From positions 1,302,001 to 1,366,000 of the forward strand of contig VRMN01000004.1 in assembly GCA_008690995.1 (NCBI GenBank): a stretch of DNA of 64,000 bases, given 5' to 3'. Origin of the DNA: Porphyridium purpureum. Lineage: Eukaryota. How positions within the stretch are numbered: the stretch's first letter is position 1; every line of letters begins with the position of its first letter. Shown here in pieces: positions 1-11,644 of this stretch. Both the position numbers and the translations under genes were made by a program. The notes under the pieces are model-generated. The model saw nothing but the letters and a program-made list of their open reading frames with translations. It was not told the origin of the DNA and did no database searches.

Positions 1-606
1 ATCGTCATCGTCTTCATCAGAGTCGCCTTCCCCGTCTTCCTGCCCAGACGGCGGAACATACGCTTGTGGCCCTTCCGCCGGCTCGTGTGAGGCGGTAAAT
101 GCCTCTTGTTTCGGACCTCCTATCCGCCGCTGCGCCACCACTGGCGACCTTGCAGGGGCCTGTAGGGCGGTTTGCTTCGGACGTTTCTTACTGGCAGGTC
201 CTGCATTTCCCGACCAAGTACTTTCTGGAATGGCAAATGTCGCAGTACCCGTCGGTGTCGGAGGTAGCATGGCCGACGGTTGTCCTTGCCTGGGCGTCGT
301 TAAGATGCCAGGTAAGCGCCCCGCGGATGGCACGGTCTGAAACGCGGGGGCAGGAGAGCTGTTCAAATCACTTGTCCTGCTAGCGTCCCGCCCCAAAGAC
401 GGCTCCCTAGTTGCCAACACACTGCCGGAACTATTGAAGTGAAAGTCCTGCTCTAACAGCGCTGAGAGTACCTGTGGTGTTTCAGAACGCATGTCATCCA
501 TAAGAGCTGGGTTGATTTCGTTCAGCAATTCCGGAAGCCCCATAGTCTCGACGTCCATTTGGAAGTCGTCCATGATGTCGAACGCTTCCATCCCTCCGTC
601 GTCCAT
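1..606 (-). CDS. 5' part of a low-complexity protein that runs off the window start; possibly a regulatory/transcription factor
   Basis: ATG at 606, then 202 stop-free codons to base 1 (MDDGGMEAFDIMDDFQMDVETMGLPELLNE...PASKKRPK...EGDSDEDDDD). Acidic N-terminus and a KKRPK NLS-like patch. Missing from the ORF track because it has no stop in the window. Confidence 0.7.
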   Translation of the reverse strand, partial: MDDGGMEAFDIMDDFQMDVETMGLPELLNEINPALMDDMRSETPQVLSALLEQDFHFNSSGSVLATREPSLGRDASRTSDLNSSPAPAFQTVPSAGRLPGILTTPRQGQPSAMLPPTPTGTATFAIPESTWSGNAGPASKKRPKQTALQAPARSPVVAQRRIGGPKQEAFTASHEPAEGPQAYVPPSGQEDGEGDSDEDDDD

Positions 607-1279
607 GGCACAAAAACTTCCCCCCTCGTTTCCCCCCGCCGGTGCGCTGCTACTATGCGGTTACTTTGGAGCAGGTATGCACGTGCAAGGTCCCGCAAGG
701 CCAGCGCTCGGATCAGACGACCGAATGTCGCAACTCGCGTGCCGCTCCTGTTGATGCCGCCGCGCACGGGGTTGCGGACGGGGCTTGCGGAGCTCGGCGC
801 GCCACGCGTGCGAACACAATCGGAGCCGAGACACTCGCGCGCACTCGCTAAGGCAGCAGACCCCCCGCTTCCGCCTCCAAACCAATTGCGTGCGAAGCAA
901 TGCACAGCGCGCCACCTCCCACCGGGCTCTTTCATAGCCGCCCGCAGCGCACGCGAACGCCTTTGACAGGCCGCGTTCCCGTTTAACGCGGTGCTGCGCC
1001 TAATCTCTTGGGCGCGTTTGGTGATTTTCCGCCCGGCGCGCCGCACGACACCGGCGGTACAGTGCGAGCAGGATAGGGTACAGTCGGGACAGAGCTCGTG
1101 CACCGCCATTGGCGCGCGCCACGTGCGCTGGTGCTGCGGGTAACGCGGTGCGACTGAGCGCTTCGTGCTGGTACATGGCGCCGCGGATCAAAGTGAGGGG
1201 GGCTGGGTCGGTTGGTTCGCTGCGGTGCTGACGCCGACACGCCGGCCACACGAGCGGTCAAAGAGGACGCGCTTTACCA

Positions 1280-1933
1280 ATGAAGGAGCTGCCAAAGACA
1301 GCGGTGGGCGACCGCGGTAGCGTTGAGCTTGTTGAGGACTCGGTTCTCTTTTCGAGGTACGGCCGCGTCGTGTCACGCTGCGTCATCTATCCAGATGGAT
1401 CCCGGCACGAATTCGATGTCTGGAGTAAAAACTGGCGCAGCAACCAAGAATTTGCAATCGTCGTGCCGTACTATTCGGCGTCTCGCACATTTACATTACT
1501 TTACGAGTACTATCCAGCTGCTCACAGCTTTCACCTCGGCCTCCCCGGCGGAAATGTGGACTCGAACCGGCACACCTCCATTTTGCAGGCTGCCAAGGAG
1601 GAGCTGTATGAGGAAGCGCACCTGAAGAACGGCACGTGGTACCCACTTCTGCCACAAAGTTCGTCTGGAGGCTCCTCACAACCAGGTTTGCTAAATGACA
1701 AGTACCAGCAGGACTGGAGCTTTCCGTTCCTGTGTGTCGATCCAGAACAGCAAAACAGCTCAGAGTTCGGTACCGATCACGCAACCTTCGAAGCGGAGGA
1801 GTTAATTGAAGTGAGAATGCATGTGCCGTTCGAGAAAGTGCGCAGTGATTTGCTCGCCGGGCGGTTCCAGGCGAATCAAACTTCTACATTGTTCTTCGCC
1901 TTCGAAAAGTTGAAAGAGCTCGGCCTCGCTTGA
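1280..1933 (+). CDS. Nudix hydrolase (ADP-ribose pyrophosphatase-like)
   Basis: Nudix-box-like GLPGGNVD...AAKEELYEEAHL and downstream EELIEV motif; 217 aa. Confidence 0.85.
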   Translation: MKELPKTAVGDRGSVELVEDSVLFSRYGRVVSRCVIYPDGSRHEFDVWSKNWRSNQEFAIVVPYYSASRTFTLLYEYYPAAHSFHLGLPGGNVDSNRHTSILQAAKEELYEEAHLKNGTWYPLLPQSSSGGSSQPGLLNDKYQQDWSFPFLCVDPEQQNSSEFGTDHATFEAEELIEVRMHVPFEKVRSDLLAGRFQANQTSTLFFAFEKLKELGLA

Positions 1934-2456
1934 ACTCAACGACAAACAGCTCGAAACCCGAAAGCCCAATGAATTTTTACCATTATCGCTCTCGTACTTG
2001 ACTTCTATTGAAACAACAACTGCGAAAAGTGACCACCCTTGCAATGATACCATGCGTCAAAATAGTTAACTTGTGCCATCGATCTGTCCTTCTGTGAAAG
2101 CGCAACCATACAGGCCGCACACACAATCATCCCTTTCCTTTCTCGCTCGCAAGGCCGAAATAATGCCTTCACGAGGGTCAGTCAAAGGTCTCTCTAACAG
2201 CGCACTGCCACAACGAAGTACAATGAATGAAGATCCACTGCCTTCATCAGTGCGAGTACAGCACACAACCGACGACAGACCACACAAATCGACCCCTGCG
2301 TAGCCTCTCACGACCTGCCAATAAAATTAGTCCGACCGCAGCAAAAAGCTCAAAAGTAGTTAGCATCGTCGCCGCGAATGCCGGAAGCATCTCCTTACTC
2401 ATCGTCCATTCGGGATAAGCACAAAGGGTCTACCAGCCAGGCACTCGTCAATCGTG

Positions 2457-4911
2457 TTAAGCCGCCGCGCCGGCAACTGATGCCTCATTCGCAATGAATC
2501 CGCCAAAGGCTCCGAGCATGACACCACCGAGGGCAATAGCTGTGATACCACCAGGAGAGATGCCTCCTCCGTCATCACCTGCCTGGTCATCGATCAGAAT
2601 GGGTCGCTCGACAAATGATATGCTGTCAACCTCGTAACCAGCCCCTTGGAGCGCTTCCGTCATCATACCCGTGTCAATGTATTCGGCGTATGATGAATTC
2701 ACCAACGGCTGCGAAATCGGTCGCACATAATTTGTGTACATGACCTTGACGCCCATCATGCCGTCAGCTTGACGCACTACATTACGCGCAAAAGCAGGCT
2801 GTGGCACCGAAGTGCCTGATTCCACAAACTCCAGCTCATTCACGATCCAAAGTCGCTCGTCACTGAATGTTTGCTCTGCCCCACGGACGACAAACGCCAT
2901 GTTCAGGCTCACGTTATAATCGCACACGCTTAAGAAACCGGCACCCAAGAATTGCAGAGTCTGAATCACTCGATTGTGGCCGGGAATCGGGTTCGTATCC
3001 TCATAAGGAGTGATCGGTGGCGTCGGACAAGGCGTCTCGGAGGGTTCTTCGGTCGGTTCCTGAGTCGGTTCTTCAGTGGGCTCCTCGGTCGGCTCCTCGG
3101 TCGGTTCTTCAGTGGGTTCCTCGGTCGGCTCCTCGGTCGGCTCCTCGGTCGGCTCCTCGGTCGGCTCCTCGGTCGGCTCTTCAGTGGGTTCCTCGGTCGG
3201 CTCCTCGGTCGGCTCCTCGGTCGGCTCTTCAGTGGGCTCTTCAGTGGGTTCCTCGGTCGGCTGCTCGGTGGGTTCTTCAGTGGGTTCCTCGGTTGGCTGC
3301 TCGGTTGGTTGCTCGGTTGGCTGCTCGGTCGGCTGCTCGGTCGGCTGCTCGGTCGGCTGCTCGGTCGGCTGCTCGGTCGGCTGCTCGGTCGGCTGCTCGG
3401 TCGCTCTCTCGGCTGCTCGGTCGGCTGCTCGGTCTGCTCGGTCGGCTGCTCGGTCGGCTGCTCGGTCGGCTGACGGGCTGCTCGGTTGGCTGCTCGGTCG
3501 GCTGCTCGGTCGGCTGCTCGGTCGGCTGCTCGGTCGGCTGCTCGGTCGGCTGCTCGGTCGGCACCTCTGACGGCACCTCTGACGGGCCACCCGTCACAAT
3601 CGGGGTCTCAGAAGGTGCTTCGGTCGGTTCCTCGGACGGTTCCTCGGTCGGCTCCTCGATGGTAATACGCGCAATTGAATACCCACCCTGGCCTCCGACC
3701 AGAACGGTCTCAGCCTGCCCCACAAGCGGTAGCGAAACATAAGCCCTGTTGACGGGAACTGTCACCAGAAGCTCCGTATTGAAAGCGGCCAACAGCTGTA
3801 AGTCACGAAACACAAATACACCAGCTACCACTGGTGCGTTAGCGGTAAGCGAGGTCGGCACATATATGGAATTCTGCAAGGGGTCAGCGTTGTACGCACT
3901 TCCAAGCCCGACTACAGTCTCTTCTGCAATCTTCATGGACAAATCCAACGTAAATTGTGTCAGCACAATCGCACGTTCACCCTCTTCCACGACAAAGTTG
4001 TTCACAGTGACAATGGACGGCTCCATGTCAGACGGAAAGGGTTGAATGATCGTCTGCGCGAAATAAAAGTCGTCTTCGACCGCATTCTTTCCTCCCGAGA
4101 GACCCGGATTGACTGGGTTGGAAACCTCCTGCGAGACAGAAATGACCACAATGGGGGTTGAGACATCCACAGTCCCCACATATGAAGATACTACTTCGGT
4201 GTCAAAAAGAACCCCGAAAACAACAAAAGTCGAGCCGACTCTCTGAATAAAGTCATCAACTGATCCACCCTGTACGTCCTTTATGATCTCTTCGTCAACC
4301 TCCGGATTCATTTGCACCAGCGAGGTCGCAATGCCACCCTCGTCATCCACAATATTCAGGAAGACGTAAAACTCGTCGGTCTCGCCGAGTCGAAGCGCCA
4401 TGCCGCGAGAGAGGTACGACTTATCTCCACTGAATGGATTCGTAGTCACGTACAAGATCTGCTCTTCTCCCGTGTCCTGGTCCAGGCCGATCAGCACAAC
4501 ATTGAAAGTTGAGTCGTCCACGTAACTCTGGAAAATAAAGGAGACCAGACCGCTGCCTAGTCGCATGGGAACGTAGAGGGGTTTCAATATGTTGACAGCC
4601 GTACTCTCCTCGCTGCTGTACGATCTACTCCAGACTTCCACTGGCTCCGCCGATCCCTCTATCAGTTCCACGTCCAGACGCGCGACGGTAATCACCGAGG
4701 CAACCGTTGCGTTACCGGGGACAACACTCGTCACAAAGACAGAGCCACCTGGGCCCGGCACCGAGTTGACAGTGTACGTTTCTCCGATAATGTGCCCGAA
4801 CGCGGCGTGGGCCGAACGAAATCCGCTGCCGGCTACCATGGCGAGCACGAAAAGCGCCACGGTTGCCGGCACGCGCCGGCTCGAGCTGCGCCGGGCGCGG
4901 CCGCCCGCCAT
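2457..4911 (-). CDS. Type I membrane/cell-surface protein with signal peptide, PTEQ/PTEE stalk and C-terminal TM helix; frame broken inside the repeat
   Basis: ATG 4911 (MAGGRARRSSSRRVPATVALFVLAMVAGSGFRSAHAAF) in the frame of ORF 3277..5187. The C-terminal half lies in ORF 2457..3590 (PTEE repeats, TM GGITAIALGGVMLGAFGGFIA). The frames switch at degenerate repeat units near 3401-3410 and 3468-3477. Confidence 0.75.
3045..3562. repeat. 12-bp coding minisatellite (ggctgctcggtc/ggctcctcggtc; PTEQ/PTEE), about 43 units
   Basis: Direct reading of the tandem units. Confidence 0.95.
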
Positions 4912-5140
4912 GCTTGCGCCCCACCATTCGTTTAACGCGCGCAGCACCCTCCACGCTCCTCCCGCGCAAGCGTGCACGTCTCGTCCCTCCCTCCCCCCGC
5001 GTCCCGCGCCCTCTCTCTCCTCTTCCCTCGCTTCCCCCACGCTACGCCCGCACGCTAAAACCAGCCCACACGTGTGCGAAACGAAGCACGCATATGAAAA
5101 TCGCATTGTTTCGCTAGACACCTGATGCCCACGCGCGTAC

Positions 5141-5164
5141 CCACCACCACCACCACCACCACCA
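5141..5164. repeat. (CCA)8 microsatellite
   Basis: Direct reading. Confidence 0.9.
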
Positions 5165-5674
5165 TCCGCAGTAACCAACCATAACAAAAAGACTGCGTTG
5201 TCTCGTACTCAGTTCTCTATGTCTCCAGACTGCCTTGCATGCCTCGTGTCGGTCGCGCACTTACTATGAAAACACCTCCGCTTTACGAGACGCACGCCAC
5301 TTATTTTTAGACGTGAAGACACGGTCTCGTGCGCTCGCTCGCTTGCGTGCCCGGAACGCGTTCGGAACGGTCGACAGACAACGTTAAAAAACACGCGCCA
5401 GGTTAACGTTAAAAAAAGAGCCGCAGCGCGACTCGGCGGTTTCGAAAATTTGAATTTCAAACCGTCGCCACCCGCTGCGAATGAGCTGCGGCGTTACGTG
5501 AACACGGGACTGCGATGGAGTGCACGCTCGCGCGAGTCGGGTGTAGTGCGACGACATGCTCCGTGAAGCTTTCGCTCGGCCCGCGCAGTGACAGCGAGCG
5601 AGAGGGCCTGCTCTCCGTTGTGGGCAGCGGCGGCAGCGGCAGCAGCATCGGCGAATACCTTTGCTTGTGGCGTC

Positions 5675-8164
5675 ATGGACATGGATGTGTTGGAGCACGT
5701 GGTGCGTGGCTGCGAAGAAACTGACGATGTGCAGCTCTTCCGCGAAAATTTCGAGGAGCTGCTGGGCCCCATTGGAGAAATTTCTCAGTACTGGCAGCTA
5801 GACCTGCAGGAAAAAATGACACAACTACTGGGACTTTTCAACTCGAAAAACACCAGTCAGCTCGGCGCAGGCGCCGAGTTCCAGCGCGCCGCGTTGGTCG
5901 TGCAGGGCTCGGCGCGACTCTACGCGCGGAAAGTAGACCATGCCTACGACTCCATGTTCGGACTCGTCGGCTACTTGCAGGCAGGCGAGGATGGGAGCAA
6001 GTCCGGCGATGCAAACCAGACTTCTCAGCGCGCACAGAAGAAAGCGGAACGACGCACAAATACATGTGGGCTTGCATTCTTCACACTTGCTCCTGCAGAA
6101 TTCACCGACTTGGCAGAGGAGATGTACGGCATTTCCTCGGACGCGGACACATTTGACCCGAAAAGCTTCGCCGAGCGCGTTTGGTCGAGCGAAGCAGATG
6201 CAGACGAGCAGCCGACACAGAACCACGATGCTAGCCCGTGGGCAAAGCTAATATCCGTCGGCCAGAACAGTGGATTCTGGGACCAAAAATGTGTGGGAAC
6301 AGAGAAACGCGAGGTGAACACCCTCGCGCTGGACATTCCATTTGCTCTTCTCCCGCCGTCCTTTTCAATCAACAGGCATTCGGCCCACAGAAAGTTGGCC
6401 GTCCAACACCGTCAGAAACGCCAGTCGAGCCCAGAGCGCGACTCAGCAGACGCTAGCGAGGCTGCACACTTTCGACTTTTCCGTGCAACGTACATGCGCA
6501 GCACAGGTGCTATTCTACTTGACGGAACGCCATTCAACGAGCGCCTCGAGCCGCTTCGCCTCTGGCTGCCCGCGCTGCTTGACGATGCAGATGAAGAGAT
6601 GGCGACCTCAGTGAATGCGCGCCACGGCGCCAGTACCGAGTCCAGCCGGGGTTTCGATGGCTGCCAAGGAAGTGCCGATGTGAGCGCAGATTTTGACAAT
6701 AACGATGACTATGACGATGGAAATGACCATTGCGAAGGACCGAGCGCTTCTGATCGTCAAGAGAATCGTGAACTGCCCTTTGGTCGTGGTCCTCTTGAAA
6801 ACGCCCCAAGCCAGGCATGCAGCTTACCGGAGCCGCCCGTCAGTGATCCACTACTTTCAAGAGCAGCACGGGTTGTCGTTAGACAAAAGCAGCAGTCGGA
6901 CATCCGATGTCAGGAAGTCGAAGACGCGTGGGTACGCGTCGACCCCCACACTCAAGATCCTCGCATGCCAGAATTCCCGTGTGTTAAAGGCCGAACAATT
7001 CGAAAGCTGCATGCCAGGAGCCCAGCTTCCATGTCGAAGAGGGATTTACCGACAATATCAAGCGACGTGCCCGGCTTTTGGACGCAGCTGTATTGGACTG
7101 AGCGGCCTGAACACGCAGGACACATCTCCGAAGTGGAATTCGCACTCGGCCTGCCAAATGTTCTTAAACAACGTCGGGCTTTAACGCATGCGAAGGGTTT
7201 CGAGCACTGGGTCGAGCTCGAAGCAGCGCGACGACGCGCAATCAACCATGCCCTTTCCGGTGCGACCACATTTGGCGGACGAGCTCTTGATGGACGCCTT
7301 GAGTACGATTTTGAACAGGACGCGAACGACGAAGACGAATGTGGTGCGGACTGGCAAGTTGCCGAAGATGAGGGGTCACCGCACGGGGACTCACAGCCTG
7401 CACAGAATCCATCAGATTTTCTTTTCGACTCCACCGACACCACGTCCTCCACAAGATTTCAAAGTAGTAACGGTGCACCAACCACGCCATCGGATGGTGA
7501 CGAAGACCTGATTGACCGAGCAGGCCTGGCACAGGAGATGAGCAACATGGACTTGGACTCGGATGAGTTTGAGAAGCGAATGTATCGCGCGACATTGAGC
7601 TACGAAGAAGCGTGCCGAAGGTATCTACAGAGCACTGCATCGCACTGGGAGCGTGTCTCTACCTGCGAAGAATTTGCAGTCCAGCTAGCCGCTTGGACCG
7701 TGCAATTGGAAAAGCAACTCGTTGCCCAGAATGAATCTGGTGCAACCTATACATCTGACGAGATTTCGGCTTGGAAAACGGACATCATGGACGCGTTCGA
7801 AGCCAAGGATAGCTCGGAAATCAGTCTTCATGAAATGTACGCAGCCCCTTCGACCAGTCGGGTATCCCAGCGCTTTCTGTGCAGCCTATTTTTGGCAAAC
7901 GAAGGAAGTGTATCTTTCCACGTATTCGCATCAGGACAGGAGGAAAACAGTGTGCTTGATTGGAACGCGTCACGGTTTTGTAGGGGCGCCATACACGATG
8001 CTCCAGAAAGCACGCGGCGTCCGGTAAATGCGGTATCCGAGCCTACCGCGAAGAGGGCGAAGACAAGCACAATACGAGCCCTGACTCCCATGCGAGAATC
8101 ACGCACCGATGATCGATTAGCTCTGAGGCCGAAGCCGACCGTAACTCCTGTAAAATTCCTCTGA
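5675..8164 (+). CDS. NCAPH2: Condensin II kleisin subunit H2
   Basis: N-terminal YWQLDL...FQRAALVVQGSARLYARKVD and C-terminal SQRFLCSLFLANEG match the conserved CAP-H2 end domains. First ATG is at 5675. Confidence 0.85.
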   Translation: MDMDVLEHVVRGCEETDDVQLFRENFEELLGPIGEISQYWQLDLQEKMTQLLGLFNSKNTSQLGAGAEFQRAALVVQGSARLYARKVDHAYDSMFGLVGYLQAGEDGSKSGDANQTSQRAQKKAERRTNTCGLAFFTLAPAEFTDLAEEMYGISSDADTFDPKSFAERVWSSEADADEQPTQNHDASPWAKLISVGQNSGFWDQKCVGTEKREVNTLALDIPFALLPPSFSINRHSAHRKLAVQHRQKRQSSPERDSADASEAAHFRLFRATYMRSTGAILLDGTPFNERLEPLRLWLPALLDDADEEMATSVNARHGASTESSRGFDGCQGSADVSADFDNNDDYDDGNDHCEGPSASDRQENRELPFGRGPLENAPSQACSLPEPPVSDPLLSRAARVVVRQKQQSDIRCQEVEDAWVRVDPHTQDPRMPEFPCVKGRTIRKLHARSPASMSKRDLPTISSDVPGFWTQLYWTERPEHAGHISEVEFALGLPNVLKQRRALTHAKGFEHWVELEAARRRAINHALSGATTFGGRALDGRLEYDFEQDANDEDECGADWQVAEDEGSPHGDSQPAQNPSDFLFDSTDTTSSTRFQSSNGAPTTPSDGDEDLIDRAGLAQEMSNMDLDSDEFEKRMYRATLSYEEACRRYLQSTASHWERVSTCEEFAVQLAAWTVQLEKQLVAQNESGATYTSDEISAWKTDIMDAFEAKDSSEISLHEMYAAPSTSRVSQRFLCSLFLANEGSVSFHVFASGQEENSVLDWNASRFCRGAIHDAPESTRRPVNAVSEPTAKRAKTSTIRALTPMRESRTDDRLALRPKPTVTPVKFL

Positions 8165-8260
8165 AACGTTATTATGCTCACATCTAGCATTCTTCCCTCT
8201 CTTACTCTCTGTTTGCCTGTTCTCTGGTTAGTTTATTCACACGTACGGGCCAAAGTCCCA

Positions 8261-10384
8261 CTACATCAACATTGCCCGGGAAAAAATTCCTTCGGCGTTC
8301 ACCGAAATGATCAAGCCGTTGAAAAGCGCAACACCAACCGCAGCATCGGGCGAAGGCAGCGGTGGAATCTTTTTCCTCGCAAATGGATTTGCGCTCCGCG
8401 GTCCTCGCCCAAATTGAGCTTCAAACCTTGCCGCGTGCGAACTCGCTCGCACCCCTTCGACCACACGCATGTACGTTTCCACGTTCCAGATCTTATTCAC
8501 GTGGATTTGGAGTGAATCGACCGAATCAGCCTCACGGGCAGATACACTCGCTCTGACTGTAGCTGGCGCCGCCGGCAATGATCGTACATTCATCTTGGAT
8601 GACCGTGATTTGTCCAAACCCCTGCTGCTCGTGCCGGGTGTTGGTGGCGGCGGTGGAGGTGGCACAGGAGCTGCCAGAACAGAGCCTGTGTCGACGACCG
8701 GTCCTGGAGATGCTTCTGAGGGTGCACTCACGGGCGCAATATAATCCGACACTCCGGCTAGAATGTTCTCGCTATCGCTTCCCCTTCGATGAAGCGGTGA
8801 TCCAGCTGCAACAGAAAGCGTTGTTTTTGAAATCCCGGCTGCGCTCAAGTTCCACACGCGAACAATGCCGTCACTGCCACCTGAAGCGAGGACACACGCA
8901 GGACTATCCCATGGTTCGTGTGCTCGACCTGGGATGGACTGTGAAGGAAGCCCTTCCTCAACGTTGTGCACATTTTTAAATGCCCCACTCGCAAGACACT
9001 GTACGGGACCGACGTGCGCTTGCAACGTAAACAACGGCTGGTCAAGCCCGCGCCGACAGTCCCATATACATATCGCCCCGTCATCGGCCGCTGAGGCCAG
9101 AAGGGGTGCGCTTGCACTCGGGGAATACAGCCATTTTACCGCCCGAATCGGCACGTGCATCCCGTGTGCGCATTCTCGTACCAAAGGCCCTGACGATTTC
9201 GTGTCCACCGGTCGAAAAGCGATGCGTTTGTCAAGCACTTGGAGATCGCCCCCGGCGTCTCCTACCGCGAAAGCTGCCGGTGTCTGGAGGCTCCAGTCCA
9301 GAGCAAGGATAGGCTCCTTGGACACCATTCCGGACACTAAATTTGCTTCCAACCGCATTGGAAGATTTGCATGAACCTCCCATTTCATGTGCTCCATATC
9401 AAAGACGTGAACATTGCAGTTCTCCGCCACAACTGCAACGCAGTTTTCCAAAACGCCTGTTGCCAATGCGCGGATGCGTGGACTGTAAGACCACTTACCT
9501 GGAACTGAAACTGAGGCACCTCTCTCCTGCTCTGAGGAAATCATGATTGTCTCACAGCGCTTCTGCTTGCTTGACGAATGCACGAGAGCTACTGAACCGT
9601 CCTGTCCCCCGACCAACAAGCATGGTTCCGTCCCACCGTCAGCATTGGTGAATGCAGCAGCTCGTGGCGCAGCACAGAAATCCTGCGGGAGCGGAATACT
9701 CGCCATGTACTGCGCCGGCACGTCTTTAGTTGAACCACCTCCACTGGAGTCCCATGCGTATTCCGAGTTGTACGTGCTTGCAGCGAACGGGTCTGCGACT
9801 TCATTCGTCCTGTAGCCAAAGTCGGGATCACTCTGTTTTCTTGCCTCTTCCACTTGGTCAGGATCCATGAAATCGTACCCAGACGAAGAATTGTGGCCCA
9901 GACGCGGGGAGCCTAGCGGAGACGTTGTCATGCGGTACACACTGGCCTGTTTGGGCAAGGCCGGCATGAGCGACTGCGAGATTGATCCCCCATCGAACGA
10001 CGACTGGCCGCGATCCGAGGACGACCCAAAGTGATGGAAGGCTACCATGGTCTCACCGCGGGCTGGAGCGTGTTCTTCCCACGGGTCTACCAGCAAAACG
10101 GCATCACGCGTCACACACGCGACCGCCATGCCGGATGGGTCCGCCGCCAGCGCGACACATCGGAAAGCGCGCTGAGGTTTCCCTCCGTCCACGTCGCCGG
10201 CTCGCGCGACATGACTGCCTGGGTCTGCGATCGAGCGCACGCACAGCGACGAAAGCGCAGTCGCCATTGAAAGGCGTGCTCTCCTCCACTTGCTCTCGAG
10301 GCGAATGGCGCCACGACCGCCGATGGACAGTTCCAAGAACGAAAGATACTGAGCAACGTGCTGCGCTGAGAAATTTTCAGCCAT
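8261..10384 (-). CDS. WD40-repeat protein
   Basis: LLASAADDGAICIWD, AHVGPVQCLA and LASGGSDGIVRVWN repeats; 707 aa. Confidence 0.8.
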   Translation of the reverse strand: MAENFSAQHVAQYLSFLELSIGGRGAIRLESKWRRARLSMATALSSLCVRSIADPGSHVARAGDVDGGKPQRAFRCVALAADPSGMAVACVTRDAVLLVDPWEEHAPARGETMVAFHHFGSSSDRGQSSFDGGSISQSLMPALPKQASVYRMTTSPLGSPRLGHNSSSGYDFMDPDQVEEARKQSDPDFGYRTNEVADPFAASTYNSEYAWDSSGGGSTKDVPAQYMASIPLPQDFCAAPRAAAFTNADGGTEPCLLVGGQDGSVALVHSSSKQKRCETIMISSEQERGASVSVPGKWSYSPRIRALATGVLENCVAVVAENCNVHVFDMEHMKWEVHANLPMRLEANLVSGMVSKEPILALDWSLQTPAAFAVGDAGGDLQVLDKRIAFRPVDTKSSGPLVRECAHGMHVPIRAVKWLYSPSASAPLLASAADDGAICIWDCRRGLDQPLFTLQAHVGPVQCLASGAFKNVHNVEEGLPSQSIPGRAHEPWDSPACVLASGGSDGIVRVWNLSAAGISKTTLSVAAGSPLHRRGSDSENILAGVSDYIAPVSAPSEASPGPVVDTGSVLAAPVPPPPPPPTPGTSSRGLDKSRSSKMNVRSLPAAPATVRASVSAREADSVDSLQIHVNKIWNVETYMRVVEGVRASSHAARFEAQFGRGPRSANPFARKKIPPLPSPDAAVGVALFNGLIISVNAEGIFSRAMLM

Positions 10385-11644
10385 TTTGGCGCCTTGAAAG
10401 TAACATGCACCAAGGAGTAGTGCTACAGCGACGCGACACGGCGGTGCAGAGAAAGTTCAGGGGCGAGGCTCCGGCAGCGTCAGAGATTTGCCAAGGACCA
10501 GACATGATGGCGTAGATGGCGGCGAATGCAGCGTCCCCGCCACGTACCGAGCAAACGTGGTCTTGGATGTGCCGAGCTGAGGGTGTTGCGTCGATGCCCC
10601 ACGGACATGGAATGGTGACTAGAGCGCGCGCCGAGCAATGAACACCGCATGTGCGTGACGCACGAGTGCGAGTCACTCGGCCTGTAGTTGCAGTAGCCGG
10701 AGCCGCCGGAGCCGGAGCAGCTGCCCCGTGGGCAGGCGGCCAAGAACCACGGTCAGACGCCTGCGCGCTGGCGTGCGTCGGCGTCGGATTCAGGCACGCG
10801 CACTTTCCAGAAGCTGAACACCGTGGACTAGAGTCGGGCGCTGCTCGTCGATCACGGCGACACGCAGCGCGTTGTGCGGTTATTCGTTGGCATGGACGAG
10901 CTTGCGTCCGAAATTGAACTAGCTGAAAACGCACGGTGTCGCTTCGCGCTGTGCTGTTTCGCACCCTGCACGTACAGGTGCGTGCGCAACAACCTGCTGG
11001 ATGATGCACACAAGCAGCCGACTGCTTTCCTCAAGTGTTTACGACGTCATTCTGTTACCCAAGCCTGAGGTTTACACTACAAGCCGCCGCCATCGTCGCA
11101 AAATCAGCCCCGCGGCCGTGTGCCAGATGGTCTGCTAGGGCCACGTTCGCTTCCAGAGGCAGCTGGCGTTTAAGGCGCCTTGGTGCGGCTCCCAAGCTGG
11201 TACTGGCCAATTAGGCGTGCAGGTGCAAGACCTACAGTGCATATGAGGCGATCAATACAACCTCGGCGGAGCGAAGTTCGGCATGCGCCGCATGTGGGCT
11301 GTAGCCATTGATCGCGATGTCAACAGGGTTGAGGAGATTCTTTCGCAGAAGTTGAAGTGCTGGACATCTCGGTGCCAAGTTTCTGGGAAGCACCCTGTAT
11401 TCTTTTTTCATCTGTGGTCAACGGAACGACTTCATCTTCGTTCTCGACTTCACGCAGGAGAGGGAGGAGGAGAGCTAGTGCATGGTAGATCATGAATCAC
11501 GATTTCCCACAGCCTTCCTCAAACATTTAAATACCTTCAACTTCTTGAGGATTCAAAAGCATGGTTTAGGTGTGAATTTACTCGCTTCACTGATCGGTTC
11601 GAGAGGATTGACTACAGACAAGACAGCCGTCTAATCCTCAGGGA

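Noticed and set aside
3045..3562. CRISPR-like repeat array
   Set aside because: Head-to-tail 12-mers with no spacers, coding for PTEQ/PTEE; eukaryotic context.
10400..11640. Possible gene or pseudogene between the WD40 and glycosyltransferase genes
   Set aside because: Only short ORFs with fragmentary hints (FKAPWCG, AVAIDRD); no coherent domain can be supported.
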